Notes: generated from the sequence alone by a model not told the origin. Counted from the stretch's first letter, positions 15,971-42,000 are shown. The stretch is DNA of 64,000 nt from the human T2T-CHM13v2.0 reference genome, Homo sapiens (GCF_009914755.1 NC_060925.1); one strand, 5' to 3'. Numbers and translations: made by a program.

Positions 15971-17408
15971 GTGTTTTTTTGTTCTTCCTCTCTCTCTGCC
16001 TCCTTTCAGGTTGACTCCGAGCATTGGCGCCTGAGTCTATGGGTGAATGGTTGCACCATTTCCCAAGATTGGGAAGCCAAAGGGAAGAGCAGGGTGGGGA
16101 CACAAAACCAATGACATGTTACAGTTCTCTTATGGACATGCTACATTTGAGGTGTCTTTGGGACACTAAGTAGAGAGGGAATAAATGGGCAAGGTAGAGA
16201 GAGCACGTGATAGGTGTTCAGTAGGTGGTAGCTCTTTAGACATTCAGTGAGTTGTCCCATAATAATGTAATTCAAGTGAGGTGTGTGTATCATGGAAATG
16301 GTGTTGGCTCTGGAGGGCTTGGCTTGAGGTCTCAGCTCTGTCACCTTCACCTTTCTGAGTTCTGCTTTCCTCATCAGTAAGATAAGAATCCCAGTCGACT
16401 CTCTGGGAGGAGCTGGGGGATGTTGAGAGAAGCAGTTTGCAAAGCCCTGGCCATTCCTGTGGGTTCCTCAAAGAAGCAAGACGCTAATTATTAGTGTCGA
16501 GAGGCCCCGACGCCAAAAGGAAGCACCTTCAGGCCCAACAGGGACTGGGGTTTCCTCTGGAATTCTAGCTGGAAAGACAGGTTTGACCCGGGAACTCAGC
16601 TCTGCCCTGGTGTTGGTGACAATCTTAGATCAATAGGCAGAGGGCAAGTCCCTCAGGAAAAAGACCAGTGATCCTCAAGATCCATTCTGGGGCCACTATG
16701 AGGGTCTTGCTTAACTGCATGCATTTTCTTACTTATTTCTTTTCTTAGATGATATTTCTGGTCCAATGGAAAATATAGACATAGTGTCACGATTTCAACA
16801 CAAACGAGCGAATGTGGCTGCCAAAAAATCAGATGCAGGCTTGGCTTTCATTGGAAAGGAAATCAGACTGTGTGTGGAGGGTCTCATCCTCCTTGAGCAT
16901 TTCACAGGCCCTTGGAAAGAGTGGCGGCAGGAGGAGCAAAAGGAGGTTCAGTCCAGAAGAGAGAAGGATGCGGAGGTCACAGGGTAGAAAGTGCTGCTGC
17001 CTTGCACCTGTCAGCTCCAGGCCATCCTCTGTCTTTCAGCAAGTAAGAGTCATTTCCTCTGGGAAGCCTCTCCCGATAGTTTCAGACCAGGGGAAGCCCC
17101 CATGTTGTATGGTCTCATAGCACTCTTCATTTTCTTTCTAGCACTAATCAAGCAGGATATTGTATTATTCAGTGACTGTTGGGGTAGCCAGACTGAGCCC
17201 CTAAAGGCAGAGACCCTGTCTGAATGTGCTTACCATTGTATCCCGAGCTCCTGGCACAGTGCCTAACATGTAGTAAATGCCAATTCCTAGCTACTGAATA
17301 ATTGGATGATTGAATGATTGGGTGGATGGATGGATGACTAGATGGGTGGATGAATAAGTGAATGATGATAGAAGCTCCAGGGAAGAAGATGATAGTTCTG
17401 GGAAGTCA

Positions 17409-18312
<904 letters not shown>

Positions 18313-19026
18313 CACAAAGTAAGTACCAGCTGGTGATGGAAGGGTGCGCTTTGAGAGATGTTGAGCCTCCCAGCCCTGGGCTTGTCCAAGTAGAGATCAG
18401 ATGGCTTCCGGTCATGATGCATTGGAAAGCATTCTTGCATGGGATAGAATGCAGACTAACTCTGTGGGACTTTCCGCCTCTAAGAGGGGGGTTCAAGATT
18501 CTAGACTCCTAGGAGGGATTTGGGTGCCTAACAAAGAGGAGGGGGTTCCCTCTGCCATCACTAGATGGGTACCCTATGTAGTCTTTGGATTATTCTCAAG
18601 TATTGTAGCTGGTAAACTTTCTAATTGGTTCTAATGCATCAACATTTTCTTGGCGATTGAGTGATGATAATAACATCCCGCTTATAGAACTTTCTAGGTA
18701 AGGAACACTGTTCTAGGTGACTTCCATGTAAAGACTCACTTAATCTCCTCAGCACCCCTATGAGATAAGTGTTATTACTGTCATTACATCTTAGAGATGG
18801 GGAAACTGAGGCAAAGGTAAGTTAAGTAATTGTGAAATTATATATGTATATATATTTATACATGCATAAATATATATGTATATGTGTATATATATTTATC
18901 TATGTATATGTGTATATATATACTTGTATATATATATTTATACATATATATGTGTTTATATAAATCAAAATCTGTTTCATTTGGGCACATGTGTGGCTGT
19001 TATAGCTTCCTCATACAGTCGTTGTG

Positions 19027-25600
<6,574 letters not shown>

Positions 25601-25687
25601 ATATGTAATATAATTTATTTTGAAATGACATCAATGTATATTAATGGAATGTGTGTGTTTCCACTTCCCCCTTTATCCCACATTTAG

Positions 25688-25824
25688 GTAGTATCACATT
25701 GTTTGCAGTCATTACCATCATCCTGGGATGCCTTAAAATTAGATACTTCATTGGATTTTCAGAATGTTTATCAGCCACTGAAGGAGTTTTCCCTGTCACC
25801 CATTCAGTGCATACTTTGTTGCAG
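25688..25824 (+). pseudogene. OTOP1: OTOP1 pseudo-exon 2
   Basis: catttAG|gtagtatc ... ttgcag|GTaaac, 137 nt, encodes (G)SITLFAVITIILGCLKIRYFIGFSECLSATEGVFPVTHSVHTLLQ. Confidence 0.95.
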
Positions 25825-27700
25825 GTAAACCACTGATGTTTATTCATGTTGTCTCATTCCTGTGAAGTGTATCCCAGGTTGTGTAGAAACTTGTAACATC
25901 AAGACATGTGGCAAGTGGAGACAGTGTGCACAGCTGTGAACTGCAATGAACTGAGGTGAACTGAAGTCTATCTTTGAGGCTTAATTCTTCAGCTGCCTCC
26001 ATTGCAAAATAAAACTCTGTGTCCCCATGGCCATTTTTGCAGGGATCCTATGAGGCAGAACTTCTAATGATGAAGAGTCAGGAAATTCTGCCAAGCCAGG
26101 GTCTACAGTAAAAGCTTGAGGGAGTTTTATTTTCTGGGTATGTAACAGGTTTATTGAGAGAATTCACATGGCATATAATTCACCCATTTAACATGTGGAA
26201 TTCAACGGTTTAGTCTGTTCATAGAGTTATGCAACCATTGCCAAAATCAATTTTATTTTTTAAAAAAATTTAATATTCTTCCTACATAGAAACCTTGTGC
26301 CATTGCAATGCCTCCTCTGGGTCATGGAAGCGCTTTTGTTTTCTCGTTTGGGGATTAAAGTCTTAGAAATGTATAAGGATTTTTTCCCACAGCATTGGTA
26401 AACTTGGTATGGCTCAGAAGGAAGGATTTGATAAATATAATTTAAATACATAGCTTAGGGTCAGAAAAATCTCATGGTTGAAAAGAATGTTAGATGGGCT
26501 TTCAGGGTAGTGTTCGCCCTTGGCAGAAATCCGTGGTAATGTTATCAGAGTCAGGATCTGAATTGTTGAATTGTCAGTCTCATTTTTTTTTTGTTTTTTG
26601 TTGTATATGTTTAAGGTATACAACATGATTATTTGATATTCCTATCCATAGTGAAGTGATTACTACAGTCAAGCATATTTATGTCTGTCATCTCACATAG
26701 TTGCCTTTCTTTTTTTGGATGTGGTAAGAGCACCTAAAATCTATTCTCTTAGCAAATTTCCAGTATACAATACAATAGTATTAACTACAGTCTTCACGTT
26801 GTCCATTACATCTCTAGAATTATTCATCTTACGTATTTGCAACTTTGTACCCTTTGACCAAAATCTTCTAATTTTTCCCCTCCAACTACCATTCTACTCT
26901 TTATGTTATTTTGTTTTTATTTATTAATTTAATTCAATTTTAGAGACAGGGTCTTGCTCTGTTGTCCAGGGTAGAGTGCAGTGGTGCCATCACGGATTAC
27001 TGCAGCCTTGAATTCAGCTCAAGTGATCCTCCCGCCTCAGTCTCCCTAGTAGCTAGGACTACAGGCCCACATCACCATGCCCAGCTTCTACCATCTGTTT
27101 TTATGCATTGGATTAAAAACGTTTTTCTAGATACTACATATAAGTGAGATTATGCAGTATTTTTCTTTCTGTGTCTGCCTCATTTCACTGAGCACAATGT
27201 CCTCCAGATTTGCCCATGTTGTTGCAAATGGCAGGCTCTGCTCTCATTTTTTTCTAACGAAGAAGTTGGAGCTCAGAGAAGACAAGTGACTTGCTCAAAG
27301 TCACTGCGGAGACACAATGATTATTTTCTTCCTGACAAGTCACCCTGGAAGACCATGAACTTGTTCTGGTGATACTGCCATTGCTGGAAATATTTTTGGA
27401 TTTCCAGTTTGAGAAGGTTCTTTGGAAAGTTTTCTACCTCTAGAAAACCAGGGATGACATGTTTAAAACTTCATCTTTTATCCAAAGTGACCGTCAGCTT
27501 GTACTCCCAGCTGACTTACCAGACAGCACTGGATGACCTTAGAGTGTTTCTCTAGATCAAACACATTCTCAAACAGTGAAGCTAACAGACAGAACGTGCC
27601 CAGTGAGCCTGGAAACAGTTTAGCTCCATGGTGGCATGGTGGGATCACTGGGGAGCTTGCTGAGGGGCTCATTTGGAGGGGCTGCCTTGCACTTGAAAGC

Positions 27701-28395
27701 TGTTATGAACTGAGTCATATCCCCTGTGAAATTCATATGCCAAAACCCTCATTCTCAGTACCTGAGCATGTGACTGTATTTGGAGATAGGGTCGTTTAGA
27801 GGAGATTGAGGTTAAATAAGATCATTAGGCTGGCCCAAATTCAATATGCCTAGTGTCTTTATTTTTTATGTTTTTGAGACGGAATTTTGCTTGTTGCCCA
27901 GGCTGCAGTGCAATGGCATAATCTCGGCTCACTGCAACTTCCGTCTCCTGGGTTCAAGCAATTCTCCTGCCTCAGTCTCCCAAGTAGCTCGGGTTACAGG
28001 CACCTGCCACCATGCCCAGCTAACTTTTGTATTTTTAGTAGAGATGAGGTTTCACCATGTTGGCCAGGCTGGTCTCGAACTCCTGACCTCAGGCAATCCA
28101 CCTGCCTCGGCCTCCCAAAGTATTGGGATTACAGGCGTGAGGCACCGCGCCTGGCCCTGGTGTCTTTATAACAAGAGGAGAGAAGGACACAGACACACAC
28201 AGAGAGACAGCCATGTAAAGACACTGGAGGAAATTGACCATCTACAAGCCAAAGAGAGAGGCCTCAAAAGGAACCAACCCTGCCCATACCTTGATCTTGG
28301 ATTTCTAACCCCAGGACCCTGAGAAGAGAAATTCCTGTTATTGAAGTTGATGATCTGTGGTCCTTTGTTATGGCAGCCCAAGCTGATCAAAGATA
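27701..28395 (+). mobile_element. MLT1 LTR with an inserted Alu (27858-28156)
   Basis: tgttatgaactgag...gactgtatttggagatagggtc...gttatggcagccc; tagtgtcttt / tggtgtcttt flank the Alu. Confidence 0.75.
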
Positions 28396-29437
28396 ACTGG
28401 CTGCTCATTCCAGGGGAGCCAAATCCCGTGAAGACAGAGCCTTATAGTGATACAGTGACAATGTGGAAAGCTTTCGTGAGGCCAGAACGAACTGCATTCG
28501 TTCATTCATTTTTCTTGTAGTTCATCTTTAAATACTGGACGAACATTGTTCTCAGCATGGGGAATACAAGGCTGTAAAGTCTGTGTCACACACCATGGGG
28601 GTGTCAGTTAGGTGAGAGGCAGTCCCCAAAACAGTGACAACGCTGGGCTCAGTGCTTTGACCAGAGTGTCCCAGAGCAATGAGGGAGCACAAAGGAGGGC
28701 ATTTTGGCAGCTTGGAGTGACAGTCAATTTCTGCCAGGGAAGGTCCCAGAACCGTTTGTGAGAGAGGGAGGAGCACAGGGTTAGTGGGTCAGAGGCCACT
28801 GGAAGAGGGTGTCTTTGGGACATGCAGTCTTTCCTCACAGTGGGGTAGCGGGAGGATGTGTGGGCACAGGCTGGATCCCTGTTTGTTGTAGGGCTTGTAA
28901 GCTTGCACTCTGGTCAGATTGCATGACTCTGGCTCTGACCACAGCTGTGTGACTTCAGGCAAATTACTTAACTTCTCTGGGCCTCATGGGTCTTACTTGC
29001 AAGGTGAGGACAATCACAGTACCTACTTCATGGGCTCGTTGTAGAGATTAAAGGCACATGTGTATGAAAAGCACTTGGCACAGGGCTAGGTGTGCAGCAA
29101 ATTCTTGGTCAAGGCTGACCGCCACCTAGGGGCTTGGGCTTCACCTCGAGGGCAGTGGGGAGCCACTGAAGGCTTTAGGCAGAAGAATGACTGGGACAGA
29201 TATGAATTTTCAAAATATCCCTCTTAGTTGGTGGGTTGGAGATCCTAGCTTTCTAATTTAAGGCATTTTATTGGCCAGGCAAGTCAATGAATTAATCATT
29301 CTATACCTGTTGGACACTTACCATGTGCTTTTGCTACATTAGATGACTGGCGAATGGAAAAAAGTATATATAACAATTAGGCGCTGTTCTAAAAAACAGA
29401 GCATTTATTTTAAAATTGTGGCAAATACTGAAAAACC

Positions 29438-29908
29438 TGTAGATATCAGGATGAAATCGCTTTTGTCAGACCCAGGCAAAATAGGCCTGGGAAGGCGCTA
29501 AGGAGAGGGCACTTCTGTCTACGTGTCTGAGATACAAAGTGTTTCCAAAGACTTTCTAAAAACCCTTCATGCATCTCCTGCTTTGAAGAGGTTGGACATT
29601 ACTAGACATTCTTTAGGACTGCAGTAAAGCAGATAAGATGCTCTTGGAAGAACACTTGTCCAGCACTGGCATCTCCACCAATGAACTGATGACAACTCTG
29701 GCTTTGAGCCTCTAGAACCGATGAACTCTTTTTCTCTGTGGATTATGTAAATCTCTCTTTGCTAATAACAGCTCCTCCTTACCCTTCCCTCACCGAATGC
29801 GCTGGTGGCTTGCCATTCCATGCATTCTGGACTGTAATTCCTATTTCCAAGTAAATCCAACATATTTAGTGATAATTTTCTCTAGTGTCTTTTTTTTTCA
29901 GGTTGACA
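29438..29908 (+). mobile_element. ERV1-class solo LTR (MER34/MER39-like)
   Basis: Starts TGtagatatcagg, ends ttcaggttgaCA; splits an old L1 fragment. Confidence 0.55.
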
Positions 29909-30322
29909 ATCACATAACATTTACCATCTTAGTCATTTTAAGCGTATGGTTCATTAATGTTAAGTACATTCACTTGTTGTACAACCAATCTGCAAACGTT
30001 TTTCATCTTGCAAAACTGAAACTCTGAGCCCACTACACAACTCTCTATTTCCTCCTCCTCTGGCTTTTGGCAAACTCTGTTCTACTTTCTGTCTTTATGA
30101 GTTTGAATATTCTAGATGCCTCGTATGAATTGAACCATACAGTATTGGTCTTCTTGTGTCTGGCTTATTTCTCACAGCATAACGTTCTCAAGGGTCATCC
30201 ATGATGTAGCCAGAATCATGGCTGAGAAGGAGCCGTGTATTTGTGTGCACATGTCTGTCTCACCCTATGGTGCCTGAGGCTCTCCCAGGGCTGCTTGAGA
30301 ACTGAGTCCTTGTGTTTTTCAG

Positions 30323-30448
30323 GTTTGGGGTGATCCACTTGGTGTTCACCAACCTGCTTCTGTGGGCCAACGGCATCCTCAATGAGTCAAAGCACCAATG
30401 AGCACAAGGAATGGCTCATCACTCTGGGCTTTGGGAACATAACAACAG
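30323..30448 (+). pseudogene. OTOP1: OTOP1 pseudo-exon 4 (5-nt deletion, premature stop)
   Basis: tttcAG|g then FGVIHLVFTNLLLWANGILNESKHQ* (TGA 30399-30401); EHKEWLITLGFGNITT continues in a shifted frame; donor GTGAGT at 30449. Confidence 0.93.
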
Positions 30449-31489
30449 GTGAGTGCTGAGAGAGGTGAGTGGCCCCTCTGCCATGTTGGAATGTCTTGGA
30501 AACCTGCAGAGTCCACAGTGTTCAGAGATGGAGTGCAGGTTCCAAAGAACTTCAGGCCCACCAAAGTCAGCATCAGCCAGACAGCCCCCTGTTGTTGAAA
30601 ATCTTCCAAAACCTGAATCTCTCATAAGTGATGTGTACTGAGCATAATTAAAGGTTTCTTCCATGACTCAGGGACTTGTAAGACCCACGGTGATCATTCT
30701 GATGGCCATTTCTCATGGTCCAGTTTGCCGCAGAAATAAATGTCTTTGTTTTCAACTACAGAAGATTGATGGTTGCCTCTGCTTGTGTTTTTAATTAAAC
30801 CTCTACTACCAGTTCTTTCTAGTAAAAGTATGGCTTTTAAAAATTCATAAAAGTCTAATGGTAGGTTGTGGTTAATAGGCTGTGGTTCATTTAAAGTTTT
30901 AATTTAACTGTAGTTGGCTTATAATTCTAGCTCATGTCTGTTCTACCTTGTTCCTATTTGAGAGCCTGTTGGGTTAATCTTTATATTTTCATCTAAAATC
31001 CTTTAGCATTTACAATATGTCACTTCTATATGAGAACATTCAGGCTGAGGGGAATGTGGGGCAGGGAACTGGGTGTCTCAGGTTTGTTCCCATCATGTAC
31101 AAGCTGTGTGACCTTTAGAAGACATTTAATCTCTCTGAGCCTCCCTTTTCTCATTTGTAAAGTGAGGGTATCCAAATCATGCACTTGCAAAGATCCCTTC
31201 CAGCTTTAACATGCAGCAAGTCTGTGACAGCTGTGTGAACCCAGGCTGTCCTGGAGAGCCACTTTGAACCTGTTTTGTCATCAGTGGGGTGGAGACAACG
31301 AAGTCACCACCCCCAACCAGCAGGCACTCGGTGTTTGGGCCTCATGTCCTCCTTGGTATCAATATTAGTAGCAGCAATGACCACAATAACAAAAGTAAAT
31401 TTTTATTAAGCATTTGCTGAGTGCCAGCCACTGTTGTTGGAAATTTACACATGTCATTTAATTTGTACCCCCACACTCTCTGGTAGGCT

Positions 31490-31514
31490 ATATATGTGTG
31501 TATGTGTGTGTGTG

Positions 31515-31560
<46 letters not shown>
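31490..31560. repeat. (TG)n(TA)n microsatellite
   Basis: Seen directly. Confidence 0.9.
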
Positions 31561-34107
<2,547 letters not shown>

Positions 34108-34912
34108 TTACCTGACTCTTTGATTACATTTTTTTATTTGTCCCTTTGAGTAGAAGGGTAGAATGGAAAGAATGGAATTATGGGTCAGAGACTGCATCGC
34201 CTTCAGGGCTTTGGTGACCTGTTTCGTCATTTACTTGCAGCATCTGCCTTCCTGTGATGAGAGGGCCCTCCATATGACAGCCAGCTTCTCTTCCAGAAGG
34301 TGGTGCCCGTTTACTTTCCCCGCACTGATATCGGAGAGCACCTGTCTCCTGCATGCTTGCTAGCACTGGAGTCTTAAGAGGCATATCTTTTGCTAATTAA
34401 AAGGGGTATTTTCTCCAGAAAGTATTTTTTAAAAATAATCTTAAAAAATCACACATGTAAATCATCTTCACAGAGAAAATTTAGAAAATACAGGGAAGCA
34501 AAATCTAGAAGAGATTAAAAATCATCTGTCATTTTTCCACCCAGAGATAACAATTGTTGACATTTTAGTTTGTGTCCTTCCAGGTTTTTTCCATCTGTCT
34601 GTGTGTGTGTGTATCCATCTATCTATCTATCATCTACATATCTATTTTTTACAACAATAGAGTCATCTTCTCTATCCTCTTTGGCAACTCACCAAATAAA
34701 TGTGATTTAGGTAATGAATATGCTTTGGGGATACTCAGGGCTATCAAATTAGCCATGATATTAAACGTGATAATAAGCCATGACATGAAAAAGCTTGTAA
34801 TCCAGTGGGAAGACCCAAGCCTGAATCCACAGTGGAAACAGTTTTCTGTGCTTTTCTGCTTCCCCTTGCACCTGCTAATAGCCCCCCTGTGTGATCAACC
34901 TGTCTCCCCTAG

Positions 34913-35860
34913 TTTTAGATGACCACACACCGCAATGTAACTGCACGCCCCCAACTCTCTGCACCACCATCTCCCACGGGATCTACTATATCTACTACCT
35001 CTACCCCTTCAACATAGAGTATCAGATCCTGGCCTCCACAGTGCTCTACGTCCTATGGAAGAACATCGGGCGCAAAGTTGACAGCCATCAGCACCAGAAG
35101 ATGCAGTTCAAGCCTGATGGGGTCAGAGTGGGCACAGTCCTGGGCCTGACCGCGCTGGCCGCCACCATTGCCGTGGTGGTGGGTGGTGTACCTGATTCAT
35201 ATTGGGTGCTCCAAGACCAAGAGCAAGTCAGCACTCATCACGTTCTACCTGTATGTCATCACCCTGATGAAGCTTATGGGGGCTGCGGGGCTGGCTGGAA
35301 TCCGGATTTACAGGACAGATGAGAAGTCACTGGATGAGTCCAAAAATCCGCCCCGCAAACTGGACTCGGACCTCTTGGTGGGCACTGCCTCAGGCTCCTG
35401 GCTTATCTCCTGGGGCTCAATCTTGGCCATCCTTTGTGCCGAGGACCACCCCCACTACACCTGGTACAACCTGCCCTACTCCATCGTGGTGATCGTGGAG
35501 AAGTACATCCAGAACCTCTTCATCTTTGAATCCATTCACCGAGAGCCTAAAAAACTCTCTGAGGACATCCGAACCCTTCGGATGGTCACAGTCTGCAATG
35601 GCAACACCATGCCCCTTGCTTCCTCCTGCCTCAAGAGTGGAGGTGTGGCCGGAGACGTGGCTCCCTGGGGCAGGGACATGCCACCAGCAGCCAATGGAAA
35701 TGTGTGCCTGAGAGAAAGCTGTGACAAGGAGGAGAAGCACGAGGAGAGCAGCTGGGGAGGGAACCCAAGCCCAGTCCACCTTCCTCGTTTCTTACAGGGC
35801 AACGCCAAGAGAAAAGTCCTGAGGAATATTGCAGCCTTCTTGTTCCTCTGCAATACTTTG
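34913..35860 (+). pseudogene. OTOP1: OTOP1 pseudo-exon 5 (frameshifted)
   Basis: ORF-track pieces 34891-35322 and 35168-35893 together give LDDHTPQCNC...KVLRNIAAFLFLCN. Frame switch in the GTG run at ~35182, IYY duplicated at 34981-34998, donor GTAATC at 35861. Confidence 0.95.
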
Positions 35861-35889
35861 GTAATCTGCACCAAGTTATTCTTATTCTT

Positions 35890-36960
<1,071 letters not shown>

Positions 36961-38891
36961 TAAAATAAGGAATGGAGGCAGCTTGTAATAAAAATACTGT
37001 AAGTATAAAATTACAATATAAGGCTGGAAAATAGACCTATATTCTACAAATCTACCTACTAAAGACTTGCTGTGTGCTAGGGGCTGGGCTAGGTACTAAA
37101 GATTAAAGTGGAAAGACTCAGTCTCTTTCCTCTAAAAGGTCTCAGTATAATGGGGGAGGGAGACAATGAGCAAATCTAATATAGTGAACAGGACAAGTGC
37201 TGAGATGGGCTTGTGCAAGGTGTACTAGGAGCAGGGATCCAGAAGGACTTCAGTGAGTAGTGGGTGCTTGAGGTGAGGCCCAGTGTCAGTCAGGAGTGCT
37301 TTTAGTTGCAAGTGACAGGCAATTTGATTCACAGTGTCTTCAGTCTTAACAATGTTTAATTATCTCATGAGAATTCCGGAGGTTGGCTGCTTGGGGTTGG
37401 CCTGGCAGCTGAACCATGTCATCAGGCATCCAGGCACTGTTCATCTTGTCACTTGGGTGGTGTGGTGTTTGTTGTGACATGGTCATGAGATGGCTGCAGC
37501 TGCACCAGGCATCACATCTGGGTTCAAGACAGAAAGCAGTGGGGAAGGGCTGGTGCCAGACAATGTCTCTCATGTGGGCACCCCTCACTGCAAGGGAGGC
37601 TGGGGAAGTAGAGGGTTTGCTTCCCAGCCTCTCTGATGGAAGGTAGCAAGGGAGAGGAAGGTGTACAGTCACTCACCCATCTGTCTGCATCAGCAAGGAA
37701 TGACTGGAAGTTCACCAGGTTATCAAGGCGGGGAAAAGCATTTCAGGCAGAGACACACAATATGTGAAGACACAGAGGCAAAAGACACCATGGCATGTTT
37801 TGAGAGCACCAAGTAGTTTGGCATAAATTCCATGTGTGTTAAGCAGAGTAGCAGAATGGGAAATAGGAGAGAGGGCCCAGGTAGGTGGACTCTGGCTTGA
37901 GCAGGGCTTCCTAGGCCTGGCTGGAGTCTAGTCTTTATGCTGAGGGCAAGGGAAGACTCTCTCAGATTTGTGTTTTGGAATGATCCTCCCAGTAGCTGTG
38001 TGTAGCAAGGATGGAGACAGATAGGGCCAGAAGCAGAAAGACTGGGAGAGAAAGCCCTGCAACAGCCCAGGCAGGAAGGGGAGGAGCTTGAACTAGGGCA
38101 GTGATGGAGGGATGGAGAGAAGAAAAAGGAATAAGAAGCATTGTGTGCTGTTGGGATTTTTTTAAAGACACATAAAGGAAGGATGGTGGGGGTCAGTAAG
38201 AAGGAGGGGGAAGCAGCCTTTGCCACCGCATGAGTCTCTGCAGTGATGGTGACTGGTGGCTGGAGGGGAGTGCCCCAGTCCACAGAGGTGCCTGCCCATC
38301 ACTCTGGGTGAAGTCAGCTCTGTGCTACTAGCCTCTGTTATCAAGCCTGCTCCCTGTTGCCCCAGCAGCTCAGAGGCTTTTGAGCTTCCTCCCCTGAATT
38401 TCAGATGGTGCATACGGGGTCTGCAGCTTTTGATATCACCCTAAGAACACAAAGTTGGGAAAGTAAGTCCCGTCTAAAGTCAGAATGGCTGTGTGTCTGC
38501 CAAGCAAACCTGATCCACCCTAGCCTTGGATCACCCAGGTTCCTTCAGTTTGCTAGGCAGTGAGGAGGGGCTCTGAAGGTGGAAGGCCCAGAAGAGTTTG
38601 GCTGCAGGGAGACCCTCTTCTCCATCTAACAGACATTTGCCAGGCACCTGCTGTATGCCAGGGACTATGTCAGGGGCACAGCAGTGAGTCAAAAATTGAA
38701 AGAGTTAACAAGAGAGATAGATACTGTAAGCTGCATTTTTTTGAGGTGCATATTCCAAAATGCAAATTCTTATAAAGTCAGAGCTAGTTCTAGAATCTTC
38801 CTCAAGTATATGCTTTTTGTACATATCCTGTGATTAATATTAATATACATATATTTTGAGATGGAGTCCTGCTGTGTTGCCCAGGCTGTAG

Positions 38892-39077
<186 letters not shown>

Positions 39078-42000
39078 TGATCTGCCTGCCTAGGCGTCCT
39101 AAAATGCTGGGATTACAGGCGCGAGCCACTGCTTCTGACCTAATATTTCTTTTTAAAACTAAGTTCTGAAAAGTTATCTTTCCCTGGTTGCCTTTTTGGT
39201 TGACCACTGGGTGAAATACTTGGCTTGCATTTTTGGACCCACTTGAAGAAAGATAGCACTGTCCGAAATACCAGAATCAAGTGGCAATTCATGGTCTGTC
39301 AGGACCCGAAAGCCAGACCCAGGGCCCAGTCCAAGGAGAAGGGTGGGCTCCGTCTCTTCCTCCCTGTGCTTGGCCCATGATGCCCCCAGGCACTGGTTGG
39401 GTTCTGGGGGGTTGAACCAGAGGATGGAAATCATCGCAGGGTGGAGTCTTAGGATACCCGTGCTGGCTCATGGGTGGCACTTTGAAACCTTGTGATTGAC
39501 CCCAGGTGGTGCCAAAGGCATCTGGCAGAGAGCAAGAGCTGTCTTCTCCAGCATCGGGAGCCAGTCCAGAGGCCCCAGCTGCAGGTGCTGATGTGCATGT
39601 CCAGGTGGAGTGGGCTCCACTCCAGAGACGGACATGGAAATGTTAGTTGAATTTCCAGGAGCCGTGGCACTGGAGACAACAGAGGGTGGTTGTGGTGACC
39701 GGGAAGGGCAGGGTGCTGTGGGAGATGGGTCAGGGAAGGCCTCTTCTAAGGAAGGGTGTGGATGGGGCTGGGATGAGAGACTATCAGGGCAGAGCTGCAG
39801 GTGTGGGGAAGGGACGGATGCAAGGCAAGGCAGGGCTCACTGGACATGACCTGGGAGCACAGAGCAGAGGGCAGAGGGGAGACCACACAGGGCCTGCGAG
39901 CCAAGACTCAATCCTAAATGCAACAGAAAACCATGGAAAGGTCTACACTGAGAGTGACGGGATCTGACTCATGCTTATTTTGTTATATTTTTAATTGTGG
40001 TAAAAAACTCATCAAATAAACTTTCCCATTGCACCCACTTTCAAGTGTATAGTGGAGTAAAGTACGTTCACATTGTGCAAACATCACACCATCCATTTCC
40101 AGGTTATTCTCGTCTGGCAAAACTGAAACTCTGCCCCCATTAAATATGAACTCCCCATTCTCCCCAGCCCCTGACAACCACCGTTCTTTCAGTCTCTAGG
40201 AATTTGACTCCTAGACTCCTCATATAAGTGAATTTATGGAGTATTAGTCCTTTTGTGATTAGGTTATTTCACTCATCATAACATCCTCCAGGGTCTCCAG
40301 GTTGCAACTCGCAAAGGGTGACAGACGCCAAACATGACCCCTGCCTTCACACTTGAGTTCCTGGGGAGATGGTGATACTATGTTGGAGATGGAGGAGGAC
40401 TCTGGAAGAGGGGCAACCTTGGGAGCAGTGGGTGGAGGTCAGTGTGGAAGGAAGAACCAGAGTTAAGTAATGAACGTGTTCTGTTTCAGGTGCCTCTGTG
40501 GCATCCAAATGGACGAACCCAGTAGACAGATATTTTGGTTTTCTATTGCCGTGCAATGAACTACCACTAATGTATGACAAAAGCAACATGCATGACTGTT
40601 TTTGTCCCATAGCATTTATTGTGACTCGTGGCTTTGTGGGTTAGAAATTCTGGCAGGGCTTGGATGGGCAGTTCTGTTCCTCACAGCATCAAGTGAAGTT
40701 GGTGAAGCCTTGGCCAGAAGCTCCGTGGTCTGGTGCCTTGGGTGGGGGTGGCTGGGAGGCTGGGCTCAGCCAGGACTCTTGACTGGGGCATCCACAGGTG
40801 GGTCTCCAGCATGACGTCTCAGGGTGGTTGGACTCCATGCTTGATGGCTGAGGGCCCCAGAGCTGACCCTCCAAAAGACTGAACTGGAAGCTGCCTGTCT
40901 CCTAAGGCCTGGGCTTGGAAACTGCATGGTGTCATTTCTGCCATATTTTATTAGTCATGTAGTCACAGAGTCCATCTAGATTCAAAGAAAGAGGTCATAG
41001 GCCACTTCTCAATAGGATAAGTAACAAGAATTTCCAGCCAACTAAACAGCACATATAAAGATGTGGATTTCAGAAAAGAGGTCCCATTTTCCTGCCTTCC
41101 TTTCTTCTCCCTTTTCCTCCCTGTCTCCCTTGCCCTTCCTCTCACCCTTCCTTTAAAAGGTGTCCCTTAAGTACCTACAGAGGTACAGGGACTGCTATGA
41201 ATGGTGAGGGTACAGCAATGACCAAGATCTCTGGTCTTCCTCTTATGGGGCTTACAAACCAGGCAACAGCAGGTGAAACCATCAACTGAGCAAGAAAGAC
41301 ACCTTATAGTGTACCCGTGTTAAGCAGAGAAGTGGAAAAGGAGGGTGTGGGAAATAGCTCTTGGGCTGCCATTGTAGATCAGATGGACCAGCTTAGCGGG
41401 AAGGCCTCGCTGAAGGGTGACACGAGACAGGAAGGGGTTGGCCACGCATGTTCAGGGCAGAGGGAACAATGGCTGGTATAAAACCCCCAGTGGGAGTGAG
41501 CGGGTCTGGTTTGAGAAACAGGAAGAAGGGTTGCCTGCAATGTGGGTGGGGTGAGTGGAGAGAAGCGTGGGTGGTTAGAAATCAGCTAACAGAGCACTTT
41601 ATCACTCCGTGCGGGAGTGTAGAATTTATTTTAAATATTTTGGGAAGACTTTAGGGGTTTAATCAAGGTAGGGACAGGATCTGATTTCCATATAATGTAA
41701 ATCTGGTGGCCGAGTGGAACCCTAGTTCGAGCTGGGAGACCAGGCACGGGGCCACCGCCATGGTCCAGGTGAGAGAGGCCGGCTGGACAGGTGGAGAGAG
41801 AGAGCCACAGGTGGGCTGAAGATACTGCTTTGGAGGTGCACAGTGGAGATGCGCTGAGGGACTGGATGGGAGGGGGCATGGTTATGAGAGTAGGAGGGAG
41901 ATAAGGTTGACACCTGGAGCCTCGATGGACCACCTGGGAGGACGATGTAGCTGAGCAGATGGAGAAATGGGGAAGGTGGGTTGAGTTTGAGATGTGTTTT

